Source: Rhodothermales bacterium (GTDB lineage: Bacteria; Bacteroidota; Rhodothermia; Rhodothermales; JANQRZ01). Taken from it: a DNA stretch of 64,000 nt. The translations under genes and the position numbers were made by a program. The stretch covers positions 1,546,966 to 1,610,965 of the forward strand of contig OZ244038.1 of assembly GCA_965215145.1 (NCBI GenBank). The letters run 5' to 3'. This document shows, piece by piece, positions 20,003 to 29,654 of the stretch (positions are counted from its first letter, which is position 1; each line of letters opens with the position of its first letter). Under the pieces are notes generated by a model. That model saw nothing but the letters and a program-made list of their open reading frames with translations. It had not been told where the DNA came from and ran no database searches.

Positions 20003-21058
20003 ATGCTGCACTTGGCACTCGCGGCTCTACTCGCTGGATCGTTCGCCACCCCCACCCCCGATGCCCCCACCGGTGGGGAGGAGGAGAAGCAGAAGATGGT
20101 GCTCCGCACCGAGGCCCCCGTCGGCGTCGCTGCCGATGAGGACGACGCCATCGTCAACGACACGTACTCCTTCGGGCGCTCTGAGGACACGCCCATCAAG
20201 CTCTGGGTCGCCTACGCCTATGGCGAGGTGGACAACGCCTTCTGCGCGGACGGGAGCGAGTTCAGCGACGAGTCGTGCAGCTCTGATTTGGACCCCGTCG
20301 CCAACGGAGACCTCGGTGACATCACGACACAGCGCGCCTTCGTGGGCGCGCAGATCAACGCGCTCAACCTCCGCAACCTCAAGGTAGGCGTCGGCGCGCA
20401 GCTCGTCTTCGCTCAGAACCAGTTCGAAGGCCGGTTCGTCGGACCTACGATTAACCCCACGACGGGGGACGTGATCTCGCCGCCCCGGCGGGTCACGAAC
20501 GACAGCGACTTCGGCCTCCAGAACGTGAAGATGTTCGGGCAGATCCGCGGCCGCACGCTCGGCATCCACGGCGGCTACATCCTCGACCTCGGAGAGGAGG
20601 TGAACGAGGAGGCGGACGAGGTCGCTGTGTCGGACGAGCGCGACGCCGTCTTCTTCGGGGCCGACTTCGACTACCCGGCCGAGTGGATCCGCCTCTTCGG
20701 CGGCATCGACTACTTCAACCTCCTCGACGACTCGGACACGCCGGCCGACGAGCAGGACGTCAAGTCGAACCTCATCGTCTTCAACGCCGGTGCCGGCATC
20801 AACATCAGCTGGATCGAGATCGGCGCGGCCGTCATCATGCGCACGAACATCAATGACAACCAGCTCGGCGGTCGTGGCGGTGGGCACCACGGTGCGGTCG
20901 CGCCGTACGTCCGGTTGTCCCCGCCGTTCCTCCCCGTCGCAATCTCGGCGAAGGGGGCGGTGCTCAACGAGTACGCCGACTACGGCTTCTCGATGGGCGG
21001 CGCCAACGACTTCGTGACGACCCGCGGCTTCACCGTCTCGGCTTCGCTCGGCTTCTAA
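20003..21058 (+). CDS. Hypothetical exported protein, probable outer-membrane beta-barrel
   Basis: Signal-peptide-like N-terminus, alternating beta strands, C-terminal Phe (SASLGF), host-like codon usage. Confidence 0.6.
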   Translation: MLHLALAALLAGSFATPTPDAPTGGEEEKQKMVLRTEAPVGVAADEDDAIVNDTYSFGRSEDTPIKLWVAYAYGEVDNAFCADGSEFSDESCSSDLDPVANGDLGDITTQRAFVGAQINALNLRNLKVGVGAQLVFAQNQFEGRFVGPTINPTTGDVISPPRRVTNDSDFGLQNVKMFGQIRGRTLGIHGGYILDLGEEVNEEADEVAVSDERDAVFFGADFDYPAEWIRLFGGIDYFNLLDDSDTPADEQDVKSNLIVFNAGAGINISWIEIGAAVIMRTNINDNQLGGRGGGHHGAVAPYVRLSPPFLPVAISAKGAVLNEYADYGFSMGGANDFVTTRGFTVSASLGF

Positions 21059-21083
21059 GCCCGTAAGCGACGGCCAGATCTCG

Positions 21084-21124
21084 GGGCCGCCCGGAGAACC
21101 TCCCACGGTTCCTCCGGGCGGCCC
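21084..21124 (+). terminator. Hairpin after the 20003-21058 gene
   Basis: gggccgcccggagaacc ... ggttcctccgggcggccc. Confidence 0.55.
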
Positions 21125-21141
21125 CTCCCGTTCCCCCTCCC

Positions 21142-21969
21142 GTGCCTCGTTTCCTGATCGGATCGGTGTTGCTCGCCGGGCTGACGGCGGCCGGCTGCTC
21201 GGCCCCCGTCCGGCCGAGTGAGGCGGAAGCGACGATCTCGGCGGAGCGGCTCGGCCGGGACCTCTCGCAACTGACCCCCGTGGTCGCACCGGGCGACTCG
21301 ACGGCAGGCGCGCGGCGGGCGCGCTTCGCGGCGGCGCGGCTGCGGGGCCTCGGGCTTCAGCCGGCCCTGCACGGCTCGTTCCTCACCTACCCCGCCTCGG
21401 GCCTCACCTACCCCGCCTCGGGCGAGGCGCCGGTGGGCAACGCCGAGGCGGCGCGGTCGAACGTGCTGGCCTACCTCCCCGGCCGCAACCCGATTCACGC
21501 GAGCCGCCTCGTCCTCGTCGCCGCCGAGCTGGGCACGCCGGCGGCGCCGGCGGTGCTGGGCGCGCTCGGGCCGCTGACGGAGGAGGCGCGGTTCACGACG
21601 GTGCCGGAGCGGACCGTCGGCGTGGCGCTGTGGGCGCCGCCCGGCGCCGACGGCGTCCGCGACTTCCTCTCCAACCCGACGTGGGCTCTGGACGGGATCG
21701 AGCGGGTGCTGCTCGTGGCGGCGGAGCCGGCGCGCGCCGAGCCGAGCCGCCGGTTGTTTGAGGCGGCGGGGCTCACGGTGGAGGTTGTGGGAGGAGGGGA
21801 GGTGGAGCCCGCGGATGCGGCGGCGGCGACGCCCACGCGGCGGCTGGCGCGAGCGCTCCGGCTGTCCGAGGTCGTGTACGCCCGCACCCGCGCCGCGTCG
21901 GTCCGGGAGACCACGCCGCCCGACGACCCGCGCGGCGGTCCGCCGGATTCGGTAGCGGTGCGCGGGTAG
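21142..21969 (+). CDS. Lipoprotein, degenerate M28 peptidase-like fold
   Basis: Lipobox AAGC. NVLAYLPGRNP and PERTV recall the M28 scaffold, but zinc ligands are not recognisable. Confidence 0.5.
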   Translation: MPRFLIGSVLLAGLTAAGCSAPVRPSEAEATISAERLGRDLSQLTPVVAPGDSTAGARRARFAAARLRGLGLQPALHGSFLTYPASGLTYPASGEAPVGNAEAARSNVLAYLPGRNPIHASRLVLVAAELGTPAAPAVLGALGPLTEEARFTTVPERTVGVALWAPPGADGVRDFLSNPTWALDGIERVLLVAAEPARAEPSRRLFEAAGLTVEVVGGGEVEPADAAAATPTRRLARALRLSEVVYARTRAASVRETTPPDDPRGGPPDSVAVRG

Positions 21970-22024
21970 ACTCCGTTGACGGGATCCCGCCACCGGTATC
22001 TTCGGGCCTCCGCGCTGCGCTCCG

Positions 22025-22858
22025 ATGCCCCTCGTCCGTCCCCCGTCTGACTACCTGCGCGAGGATCTGCCGCAGCCCCGGCTCCGGACCCGCGCGCAGT
22101 TCTGGTGGGCGCTCGGATGGACGGCGCTCTCCATCGTCCCGCTGGGCGCGGGCCTCCTCCTCCACAACGCCTTCCGCCCGGCGGCGCGGACGTTCAAGTG
22201 GTGGGCGACGGTGTGGTCGAGGGGGATCCTGCGGGCCTCCGGCGTCCGGCTCGAGACCGAGGTCCGGGCGGACCTCCCGGAGGACCGGCCGTTCGTGTTC
22301 GTCGCCAACCACCAGAACGAGCTCGACATCGCCACCTGCCTCGTCGGCATCCCGCACCCGTTCGGGTTCACGGCGAAGGCGGCGCTGGAGCGGGTCCCCG
22401 TGCTCGGGCGGGTGCTGCGCCGGACGCCGTGCGTGTTCGTGGACCGGAGCAGCCCGCGCCGGGCCATCGAGAGCATCCGCGAGGCCGGCGAGCAGATCCG
22501 CAGCGGCAACTCGGTGCTCGTCTTCGTCGAGGGGGAGCGGACGTGGGGGCCACGGCTGCGGCCGTTCCTGCGCGGGGCGTTCGTGCTCGCGCTCGAGGCC
22601 GGCGTGCCGCTCGTCCCCGTCACCGTCGTCAACAACCACGAGGTGCTCGACGAGCGCGTCTTCGCCGGGCGCTCCGGCACGGTCCGCCTCGTCGTCGGCG
22701 GGCCGATCCCGACGGCGGGGAAGCGGCGCTCGGACCTCCCCGCGCTGATGGCGGCCGTCCGCGCCGAGATCGAGCGGGAGCTCGTCCGGTTCCACGGGGA
22801 GGCCGCGCGGTCCGGCCCGGCGGTGGAGGCCGGCGCGGTATCTTCGACCCCGCCATGA
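22025..22858 (+). CDS. plsC: 1-acyl-sn-glycerol-3-phosphate acyltransferase
   Basis: ANHQNELD (HX4D), FVDR and FVEGER. Confidence 0.9.
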   Translation: MPLVRPPSDYLREDLPQPRLRTRAQFWWALGWTALSIVPLGAGLLLHNAFRPAARTFKWWATVWSRGILRASGVRLETEVRADLPEDRPFVFVANHQNELDIATCLVGIPHPFGFTAKAALERVPVLGRVLRRTPCVFVDRSSPRRAIESIREAGEQIRSGNSVLVFVEGERTWGPRLRPFLRGAFVLALEAGVPLVPVTVVNNHEVLDERVFAGRSGTVRLVVGGPIPTAGKRRSDLPALMAAVRAEIERELVRFHGEAARSGPAVEAGAVSSTPP

Positions 22859-22871
22859 ATGCTCCCGACCG

Positions 22872-23402
22872 ATGCGCGTTCTCCTCGCCCTCCTCCTGTT
22901 CCCACTCGGCTTCCTCGGCTGCGACGGCAACTGCGGCCCGTTCGGAGCGAGTGACTTCGCCTTCACGGACCGGGTCGAGGCGGCGGCTCCCGCCCCGAGC
23001 GTCGAGGTCGTGCTGGTGCTCGGGCCGGACGCCCGGCTGCCGCGGAACGTGCGGCCGGAGGACTTCGAAGCGGAGGTCGTCAGCGGGGCCGGCCCTGGGC
23101 TTCGGCTCGGGCTCGGCGTGAGCGGCACCAGCTACCGCGACGAGCCGGAGCTGGCGAAGGAGGTCGCGGTGGCGGGCCGCACGGTCTACGTCTGGTACGG
23201 GATAGCGCCGCCCTCGGCTGTGGACCCCGGCGGGATCGGGCCGTTCCGGGCAGCGTGCTCCCCGCCCGATGAGTACGTGACGGTCGAGCACGTGCGGGTT
23301 GAGGTGCCGGAGGGCACGGAGGCCTCCTTCCGCACGATCCGCTTCACCGACCTCGACGACGACATCGGAACCGCCCCCCGCGAGCCCCGCACCCGCATCT
23401 GA
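22872..23402 (+). CDS. Hypothetical lipoprotein
   Basis: Lipobox FLGC. Fills the gap between plsC and yfhO in the same orientation. Confidence 0.6.
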   Translation: MRVLLALLLFPLGFLGCDGNCGPFGASDFAFTDRVEAAAPAPSVEVVLVLGPDARLPRNVRPEDFEAEVVSGAGPGLRLGLGVSGTSYRDEPELAKEVAVAGRTVYVWYGIAPPSAVDPGGIGPFRAACSPPDEYVTVEHVRVEVPEGTEASFRTIRFTDLDDDIGTAPREPRTRI

Positions 23403-23409
23403 GCCCCGC

Positions 23410-26016
23410 ATGGCGAAAGGAAAGTCGAAGGTCCGCCGTACCCGTCCCGGAAAGCCCTCGGCGAAGGCGAGCCCGGAGGCCGCTGGCACGGCCGGGGCTC
23501 GCCCCGCGAAGGTCCGCGCGGCCGGGGCGAGCGTGCCGCAGGAGACGGCCTGGCGGCGGCTGCCGGCGCGGACGCAGCACCTCGTCGGGGTCGGGTTCCT
23601 GGTGCTCGTTTGCCTCGGGTTCCTGTGGCCGGTGACGTTCGGGCCGTACGCCATCGTGGGCGAGGACACGGTGCAGTGGAAGGGGACGGCCGAGGCGATG
23701 CAGCAGTACGAGGAGCGGACGGGGCAGCTCGCGCTGTGGGCGCCGAACACGTTCGGGGGGATGCCGGGCTACCTCATCCACTACCCGAAGGCCGTCCCCC
23801 AGCTCGACACCGCGGTCATGGCGCTCCGCGCGGCGGGGTGGTGGCCGGGCGCGCACCTCCTCGTGCTGCTGCTGGGGACGTACCTCTTCGTCGTCTTCCT
23901 CACCCGCGACGTGCTGGCCGGCGCGCTCGCGGCCGTGGCCTACGGGCTGACGACGTACGTCCCGCTGATCCTCCTGGCGGGGCACAACACGAAGTTTATC
24001 GCGATGGCGTTCGCGCCGTGGCTGCTCTTGGCGTTCGCGTTCGCGCTGCGGCGCCCGCCCGGCGCCGGGTGGCCGCGGGTGCTCCTCGGCGGACTCCTCT
24101 TCGCCATCGCGCTGGCGCTGAACCTCCGTGCGGGGCACGTCCAGATCACCTACTACGCCGCCTTCGCCCTCGGCATCGTGTGGCTCACCGAGGGGGTCGG
24201 CGCCGTGCGCGAGGGGGGCGGCCGGGAGTTCCTCGTCTCGACGGGGGCGCTCGCGCTCGGGGCCGTGCTCGGCGTGGCGATGGTGGCGCAGCCGTACCTC
24301 CCCGTGGCGGAGTACCGCGCCTTCACCATCCGCGCCTCGGGCGAGGGCGGCGGGCTCGCCTGGGACTACGCGATGAGCTGGAGCCAGGGCTTCGGGGAGC
24401 TGGTGACGCTGCTGATTCCCGGTGCCTACGGCGGGGGAGGCCCGACGTACTGGGGCGAGAAGCCGTTCACGGCGGGGCCGCACTACGTCGGGCCGCTCGT
24501 GCTGGCGCTGGCCGTGGGGGGGCTCTGGGGCGTCCGCCGGCGGATCACGCTCGGGCTCGGGATCGCGGCGGGGGTGATGGTGCTGTTCGCGTTCGGGCAG
24601 CACCTCCCGCTCGTCAACCGCCCGGCGTTCGACCTCCTCCCGCTGTTCAGCAGCTTCCGCGTGCCGGAGACGTGGCTGGCCGCCGTGGCGATGATCGCCG
24701 CCGTGCTGGCCGGCGTCGGCGCCTACTACCTCGGCCGCCGCGAGCCGACGCCGGAGGGCGTCGAGCGGAAGACGCGCCTGGCCTACTGGACGTTTGGGGC
24801 GGCGGGCGGCGTGCTGCTGCTGCTGCTCGTCGCGGGCACCGCGCTGTTCTCGTTCGAGGCGCCGGGGGAGCTGGAGCGGACGGCGCAGGCCGCCGCGCGG
24901 CAGTACGGCCGCGCCCCCTCGGACCCCGCCATCCGGCAGGCCGCCGGGGACTACGTCGCCGGCCTCCGCGCCGAGCGCGCCGGCCTCTTCCGCGCCGACG
25001 CGATGCGGTCGCTGTTTTTCCTCGTCCTCGGCGGGGGGCTCGTCGTGCTCCAGCGCCGGAAGCGGATCCCCGCGTGGGCGATGCAGGCGGGGCTGCTCCT
25101 GCTCGTCACGGCCGACCTCTGGCGGGTCGGGCAGCGCTACTTCAACGAGGAGGCGCCGTCCCTGCGCTCCTCCTCCGAGGTCTTCGCCGCGATCCCCGAG
25201 TACGGCGTCGACCGGTTCATCCAGGCGCAGGTCGAGGTGGCCGGCGGGCCGGGGCGCTTCCGCGTGCTGCCCCTCGCGCTGAACCCGTTCAACAGCGCCC
25301 GCGAGGCCGCCTTCTACGAGTCCGTCGGCGGCTACCACGGCGCCAAGCTCGCCCTCGCCCAGGACTACATCGACGAGATCCTCTTCGACGCCGACGGCCG
25401 GCTGAACGAGAACGCCCTCGACCTCCTCTCGACCCGCTACGTGATCGCGCGGGGGCCGGCGCCGGGGTTCGAGGTGGCGTTCGAGGACGAGCAGACGGGG
25501 CTCGTGGTCCTTGAAAAGCCGGACGTGCTGCCGCGCGCGTTCCTCGCCGGGGAGACCCGCGTGGTGGAGGACCGTGAGGAGCGGCTCCGCCTCCTCCGCG
25601 ACCCCGACCTCGACCTCCGCCGGACGGCCCTCCTGAGCGAGCCGCTGGCTCGGCCCCTCGACCCCGCCCCCATCGACTCGCTGAGCACGGCGGCCGTCGA
25701 GCTCGTCCGGTTCGACCCCCGCGAGATCGTGTGGGAGGCGGCGACGGACCGGCCGCGGCTGCTGGTGGCGAGCGAGATCTACTACCCCGCCGGGTGGAAC
25801 GCCTACGTGGACGACCGGCCCGTCCCCATCGTGCAGACGAACCACCTCCTCCGCGGCGTCGTCGTCCCCGAGGGGGAGCACATCGTCACGATGCGGTTCG
25901 AGCCGGAGACGCACGAGCGCAGCGCGCGGGTCTCCACCATCGCGACGGCGCTGGCGTACCTCGGCGCGCTGCTGATGGCGGGGCTGTGGTGGTACCGGAA
26001 GGGGGACCAGGCGTGA
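23410..26016 (+). CDS. YfhO family membrane protein (GT-C-like)
   Basis: WAPNTFGGMP, AGHNTK, YAMSWSQG, GGYHGAKL and SEIYYPAGWNAYVD. Confidence 0.9.
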   Translation: MAKGKSKVRRTRPGKPSAKASPEAAGTAGARPAKVRAAGASVPQETAWRRLPARTQHLVGVGFLVLVCLGFLWPVTFGPYAIVGEDTVQWKGTAEAMQQYEERTGQLALWAPNTFGGMPGYLIHYPKAVPQLDTAVMALRAAGWWPGAHLLVLLLGTYLFVVFLTRDVLAGALAAVAYGLTTYVPLILLAGHNTKFIAMAFAPWLLLAFAFALRRPPGAGWPRVLLGGLLFAIALALNLRAGHVQITYYAAFALGIVWLTEGVGAVREGGGREFLVSTGALALGAVLGVAMVAQPYLPVAEYRAFTIRASGEGGGLAWDYAMSWSQGFGELVTLLIPGAYGGGGPTYWGEKPFTAGPHYVGPLVLALAVGGLWGVRRRITLGLGIAAGVMVLFAFGQHLPLVNRPAFDLLPLFSSFRVPETWLAAVAMIAAVLAGVGAYYLGRREPTPEGVERKTRLAYWTFGAAGGVLLLLLVAGTALFSFEAPGELERTAQAAARQYGRAPSDPAIRQAAGDYVAGLRAERAGLFRADAMRSLFFLVLGGGLVVLQRRKRIPAWAMQAGLLLLVTADLWRVGQRYFNEEAPSLRSSSEVFAAIPEYGVDRFIQAQVEVAGGPGRFRVLPLALNPFNSAREAAFYESVGGYHGAKLALAQDYIDEILFDADGRLNENALDLLSTRYVIARGPAPGFEVAFEDEQTGLVVLEKPDVLPRAFLAGETRVVEDREERLRLLRDPDLDLRRTALLSEPLARPLDPAPIDSLSTAAVELVRFDPREIVWEAATDRPRLLVASEIYYPAGWNAYVDDRPVPIVQTNHLLRGVVVPEGEHIVTMRFEPETHERSARVSTIATALAYLGALLMAGLWWYRKGDQA

Positions 26017-27377
26017 GTGCCGAGCCCGCAGGAGCCGGGCCGCCGGAGGGGCGACCGCTGCGGCTCCTCGTCGTCGCCTACTACTTCCCGCCCTCCGGTG
26101 GCGCCGGCGTGCAGCGCGTGCTGAAATGGACGAAGCACCTCCCCGCCCACGGCGTCCGCCCGACGGTGCTGACGGTGGAGGCGGGCGCCTACCCCCAGCT
26201 CGACCCGACGCTGTGGGCCGACGTGCCGGCCGGCGTCGCCGTCCACCGCACCCGCTCGCTCGATCCATTCGGCGCCTACGCCCGCCTCACCGGCCGGACC
26301 CGCGCCGAGGCCGTCCGCGCCCGCACCGACGCGATGGCGGTGGACACCGGCGGTGGGGGGGAGGCCGCCATCGAGCGTGTAGCCGAGTGGGTCCGCGCCA
26401 ACGCCTTCGTCCCCGACGCGCGGGTCGGGTGGGTCCCGTTCGCCGTGGCGCGCGGGCTACGGCTCATTCGCAGGGCGGCAGGCCGGGGCGAGCCGTTCGA
26501 CGCGCTCCTAACCTCGGGGCCGCCGCATTCGACGCACCTCACCGCCTGGGCGCTCCGCCGCCTCACCGGCACCCCCTGGGTCGCCGACTTCCGCGATCCG
26601 TGGACCGACATCCACTACTACGCCGAGCTCCCACGCTCGGCCGCTGCCCGCCGGCTCGACGAGGTGCTGGAGCGGGGCGTCCTCCGTGCTGCCGACGCCG
26701 CCGTGACCGTGAGCCCGTCGTGGGCGCGGCTGCTGGGCGCGAAGGTCGGCCGCGCCGTCGAGGTGATCCCCAACGGGTTCGACCCGGAGGACTTCGGGGA
26801 GGCGCCGGCGGCGGTCGGCGAGCGCTTCGAGCTCGTCCACGTCGGCAGCCTCTACGCCTCGCGCAACCCCGAGGCGCTGTGGCAGGCGCTGGCCGCGCTG
26901 CGGGCGGAGGACGGCATCCCGAACCTGCGCGTCCGGCTCGTCGGGCGGGTGGGGGAGGAGGTCATCGCGGCGGCCGGGCGGCACGGGCTAGAGGAGGTCG
27001 TGGCCGTCGAGCCCTACGTGCCGCACGCCGAGGCCGTCCGCTGGATGCAGCGGGCGACGGCGCTGCTGCTGACGACGGAGCCGCAGCGGCACGAGGCGGG
27101 CCACGTCACGGGCAAGCTCTACGAGTACCTCGCCGCCGGCCGCCCCGTCCTCGCCCTCGGCGACCCCTCCGGCGACGCGGCAGCGCTGCTCCGCGAGACC
27201 GGCGGCGGGCGGACGTTCGCGCGGGACGACGCCGGCGGGGTCGCTCGGTGGCTCGCTGAGGCGTACCAGCGGTGCGAGAGGGGAGCGGCGCTGGCGGGTG
27301 CTTCTCCCGAGGCCGTCGCGCCCTACGCCCGCCCCGCGCAGGCCGCCGCGCTCGCCGCACTCCTGCGCCGACTCTGA
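26013..27377 (+). CDS. Glycosyltransferase family 4 (GT-B)
   Basis: AYYFPPSGGAGVQR, WVADFRDPW and GKLYEYLAAGRP. GTG start overlaps the yfhO stop. Confidence 0.92.
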   Translation: MSAEPAGAGPPEGRPLRLLVVAYYFPPSGGAGVQRVLKWTKHLPAHGVRPTVLTVEAGAYPQLDPTLWADVPAGVAVHRTRSLDPFGAYARLTGRTRAEAVRARTDAMAVDTGGGGEAAIERVAEWVRANAFVPDARVGWVPFAVARGLRLIRRAAGRGEPFDALLTSGPPHSTHLTAWALRRLTGTPWVADFRDPWTDIHYYAELPRSAAARRLDEVLERGVLRAADAAVTVSPSWARLLGAKVGRAVEVIPNGFDPEDFGEAPAAVGERFELVHVGSLYASRNPEALWQALAALRAEDGIPNLRVRLVGRVGEEVIAAAGRHGLEEVVAVEPYVPHAEAVRWMQRATALLLTTEPQRHEAGHVTGKLYEYLAAGRPVLALGDPSGDAAALLRETGGGRTFARDDAGGVARWLAEAYQRCERGAALAGASPEAVAPYARPAQAAALAALLRRL

Positions 27378-27538
27378 GGCGGTAACGTACATTGAGCTTG
27401 AGACTACGGAGGCGTAATCCGGTCGCGATTGCGTCGGAGGCCGGCCGGCCCTTACTTTCGAAGGAGTAGCATTCCTCACCTCCGTTCAGACGCGGTCATT
27501 GCGGGCCAGCTCTGGACCCTTAACCATCAGAGGTCCCT

Positions 27539-29590
27539 ATGCGAATCCCTTCCCCAGCTAACGTGTTGCGTTACGCCGCCTGTGCGGCGTTCGTGCTCGC
27601 GGGCGGCGCTGCCACCGCGCAGCCCACCCTCCTCGAAGCGCTCTCCTCACCTAACCCCCTGGTACCCTCCGATCCCAGCATCAACCGTCAGTACTTCGGT
27701 GCTGCCGTGGCCGGTGTCCCCGATGCTGATGGCGACGGAGTGGAGGACCTTCTCGTCGGGGCCCCGGACGAGAACGGACCTAACGGCAACCGCTACGGCG
27801 CTGGCCGGGCGTACCTCTACAGCGGAGCGACGGGCGCCCTCCTCCACGCGCTCCGGTCCGCTGACGACCTGGACCTGCGGGAGTTCGGGGCCTCGGTCGC
27901 GGGCGTGCCGGACCTCGACGGCGACGGCTTCGGCGACCTCCTCGTCGGCGCCCCCTCGCTCGTCGGTGGGTCCGTAGTGCGGAAGGGCCGAGCCTACGTC
28001 TTCAGCGGCGCCACCAGCGCCCTCCTCGCCGAACTGCGCTCGCCGAACGAGGAGCGCTTCGGGGAATTCGGCCGCGCGGTGGCGGGCGTGCCAGACGTGG
28101 ACGGCGACGGCTTCGGCGACCTCCTCGTCGGGGCGCTAGGGGAGAACGAGATCGGGCCTTTCGACCGAACTGACGGGCGGGCCTACCTCTTCAGCGGCGC
28201 CACGCGTGCGCTTCTCGCGGAGCTCGTGTCGCCCAACGACGACGAAGCCAGCTTCTTCGGCGGCGCCGTAGCAGGCGTGCCGGACGTGGACGGCGACGGG
28301 AGGGGCGACCTCCTCGTCGGGGCCACGGGCGACAGCCCCGACGGCGACCCCGACTCGGCCGGGCGGGCCTACCTCTTCAGCGGGGCCACGGGCGTGCTCG
28401 TCTACGAGCTCGCTTCGCAGGACCCCCAGGAGTTCGGCAGGTTCGGCGCTGCGGTCGCGGGCGTGCCCGACGCAGACGGCGATGGCTTCAGCGACCTCCT
28501 CGTCGGGGCGCCGGCCGAGACTCCGGAGGGCAGCCCGAGCTTCGCCGGGCGGGTCTACCTCTTCAGCAGCGCCTCCGGCGTGCTCCTCGAAACGCTCACC
28601 TCGCCCAGCCCTGAGTTCCGGGGCAGCTTCGGCTCGGGCGTGGCGGGCGTCCCGGACGTGGACGGCGACGGTCGCGGGGATCTCCTCATCGGAGCCGAGG
28701 GGCAAGACCCCGGCTTCAGCCCTACCAGCGCGGGCCGCGCGTACCTCTTCAGTGGCGCCTCCGGCGCGCTCCTCTGTACGCTCGCTTCGCCGGACGAGTA
28801 CCGGCTCGGCAGCTTCGGTACCGGCGTGGCGGGCGTCGGGGACACCGACGGCGACGGCCGCGGCGACCTCCTCGTCGGCGCGCCAGGGGAGGGAGCAGAT
28901 GAGCCCGACGCGCCGTACAGCGAGATCGGCCGGGCGTACCTCTTCAGTGGCGACCCCGCCGCCTGCGCGGAGGACCCCCTCGCCGTCACCATCACCGGCG
29001 ACGAGACCGTTGCCGTCGGGGATCTCCTGGAGTTCACGGTCACGATCGAGAACACCGCCGACACCACCGTCGCCGGTGCGCTCGTCGTGGACTTCGTCTC
29101 GCCCGACGGGGACGTTGCCCTCAGCCGCGTGCTCCGCGACAGCACGCTCCGCCCAGATCGGACGTTCTCGGAGTCCTACCGGCAGCGCGTCCGGGCCGGA
29201 GCCGAGCCGGGGACGTGGACGGTCGTGGCGCGGGTCGAGGCCGACGGCGGGGCCTCGCTGGGCTCGGACTCCTTCACCGTCGTGGTGACGCCGGCGCCGG
29301 GAGCCGCAGCGGCGCGGGTAGCTGGTGTCGAGACTGAGCTCGAGGGCGTCTACCCCAACCCCGCCCGCGGCAGCACCGCCGTCACTTTCGCGCTGGCCGA
29401 GCCGGGGGCGGTCCGGCTGGCCGTCTATGACGTGCTCGGCCGCGAGGTCGCCGTGCTGGTCGATGGCACCGCGGAGGCCGGTCGGCACGAGGCAGTCCTC
29501 GACGCCGCAGTCCTCCCGGCCGGCACGTACCTCGTCCGGCTAGAAGCCGGCGGGGCCGTGTGGACGGAGCGGCTGACGCTGATCCGGTAG
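27539..29590 (+). CDS. Seven-bladed FG-GAP (integrin-alpha-like) beta-propeller with Ig-like domain and T9SS-type C-terminal sorting domain
   Basis: Seven FGxxVAGVPDxDGDGxxDLLVGA repeats. C-terminus YPNP...VRLAVYDVLGREV...GTYLVRL. Confidence 0.9.
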   Translation: MRIPSPANVLRYAACAAFVLAGGAATAQPTLLEALSSPNPLVPSDPSINRQYFGAAVAGVPDADGDGVEDLLVGAPDENGPNGNRYGAGRAYLYSGATGALLHALRSADDLDLREFGASVAGVPDLDGDGFGDLLVGAPSLVGGSVVRKGRAYVFSGATSALLAELRSPNEERFGEFGRAVAGVPDVDGDGFGDLLVGALGENEIGPFDRTDGRAYLFSGATRALLAELVSPNDDEASFFGGAVAGVPDVDGDGRGDLLVGATGDSPDGDPDSAGRAYLFSGATGVLVYELASQDPQEFGRFGAAVAGVPDADGDGFSDLLVGAPAETPEGSPSFAGRVYLFSSASGVLLETLTSPSPEFRGSFGSGVAGVPDVDGDGRGDLLIGAEGQDPGFSPTSAGRAYLFSGASGALLCTLASPDEYRLGSFGTGVAGVGDTDGDGRGDLLVGAPGEGADEPDAPYSEIGRAYLFSGDPAACAEDPLAVTITGDETVAVGDLLEFTVTIENTADTTVAGALVVDFVSPDGDVALSRVLRDSTLRPDRTFSESYRQRVRAGAEPGTWTVVARVEADGGASLGSDSFTVVVTPAPGAAAARVAGVETELEGVYPNPARGSTAVTFALAEPGAVRLAVYDVLGREVAVLVDGTAEAGRHEAVLDAAVLPAGTYLVRLEAGGAVWTERLTLIR

Positions 29591-29654
29591 CCGAGCGGCC
29601 GTGTCGCAATGGGGGCGGGGCGGGTAGCTTTCGGCTCGCCCGCCCCGCCCGCCG

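Noticed and set aside
27690-28950. Periodic DNA repeats
   Set aside because: Fully explained by the coding FG-GAP repeats.
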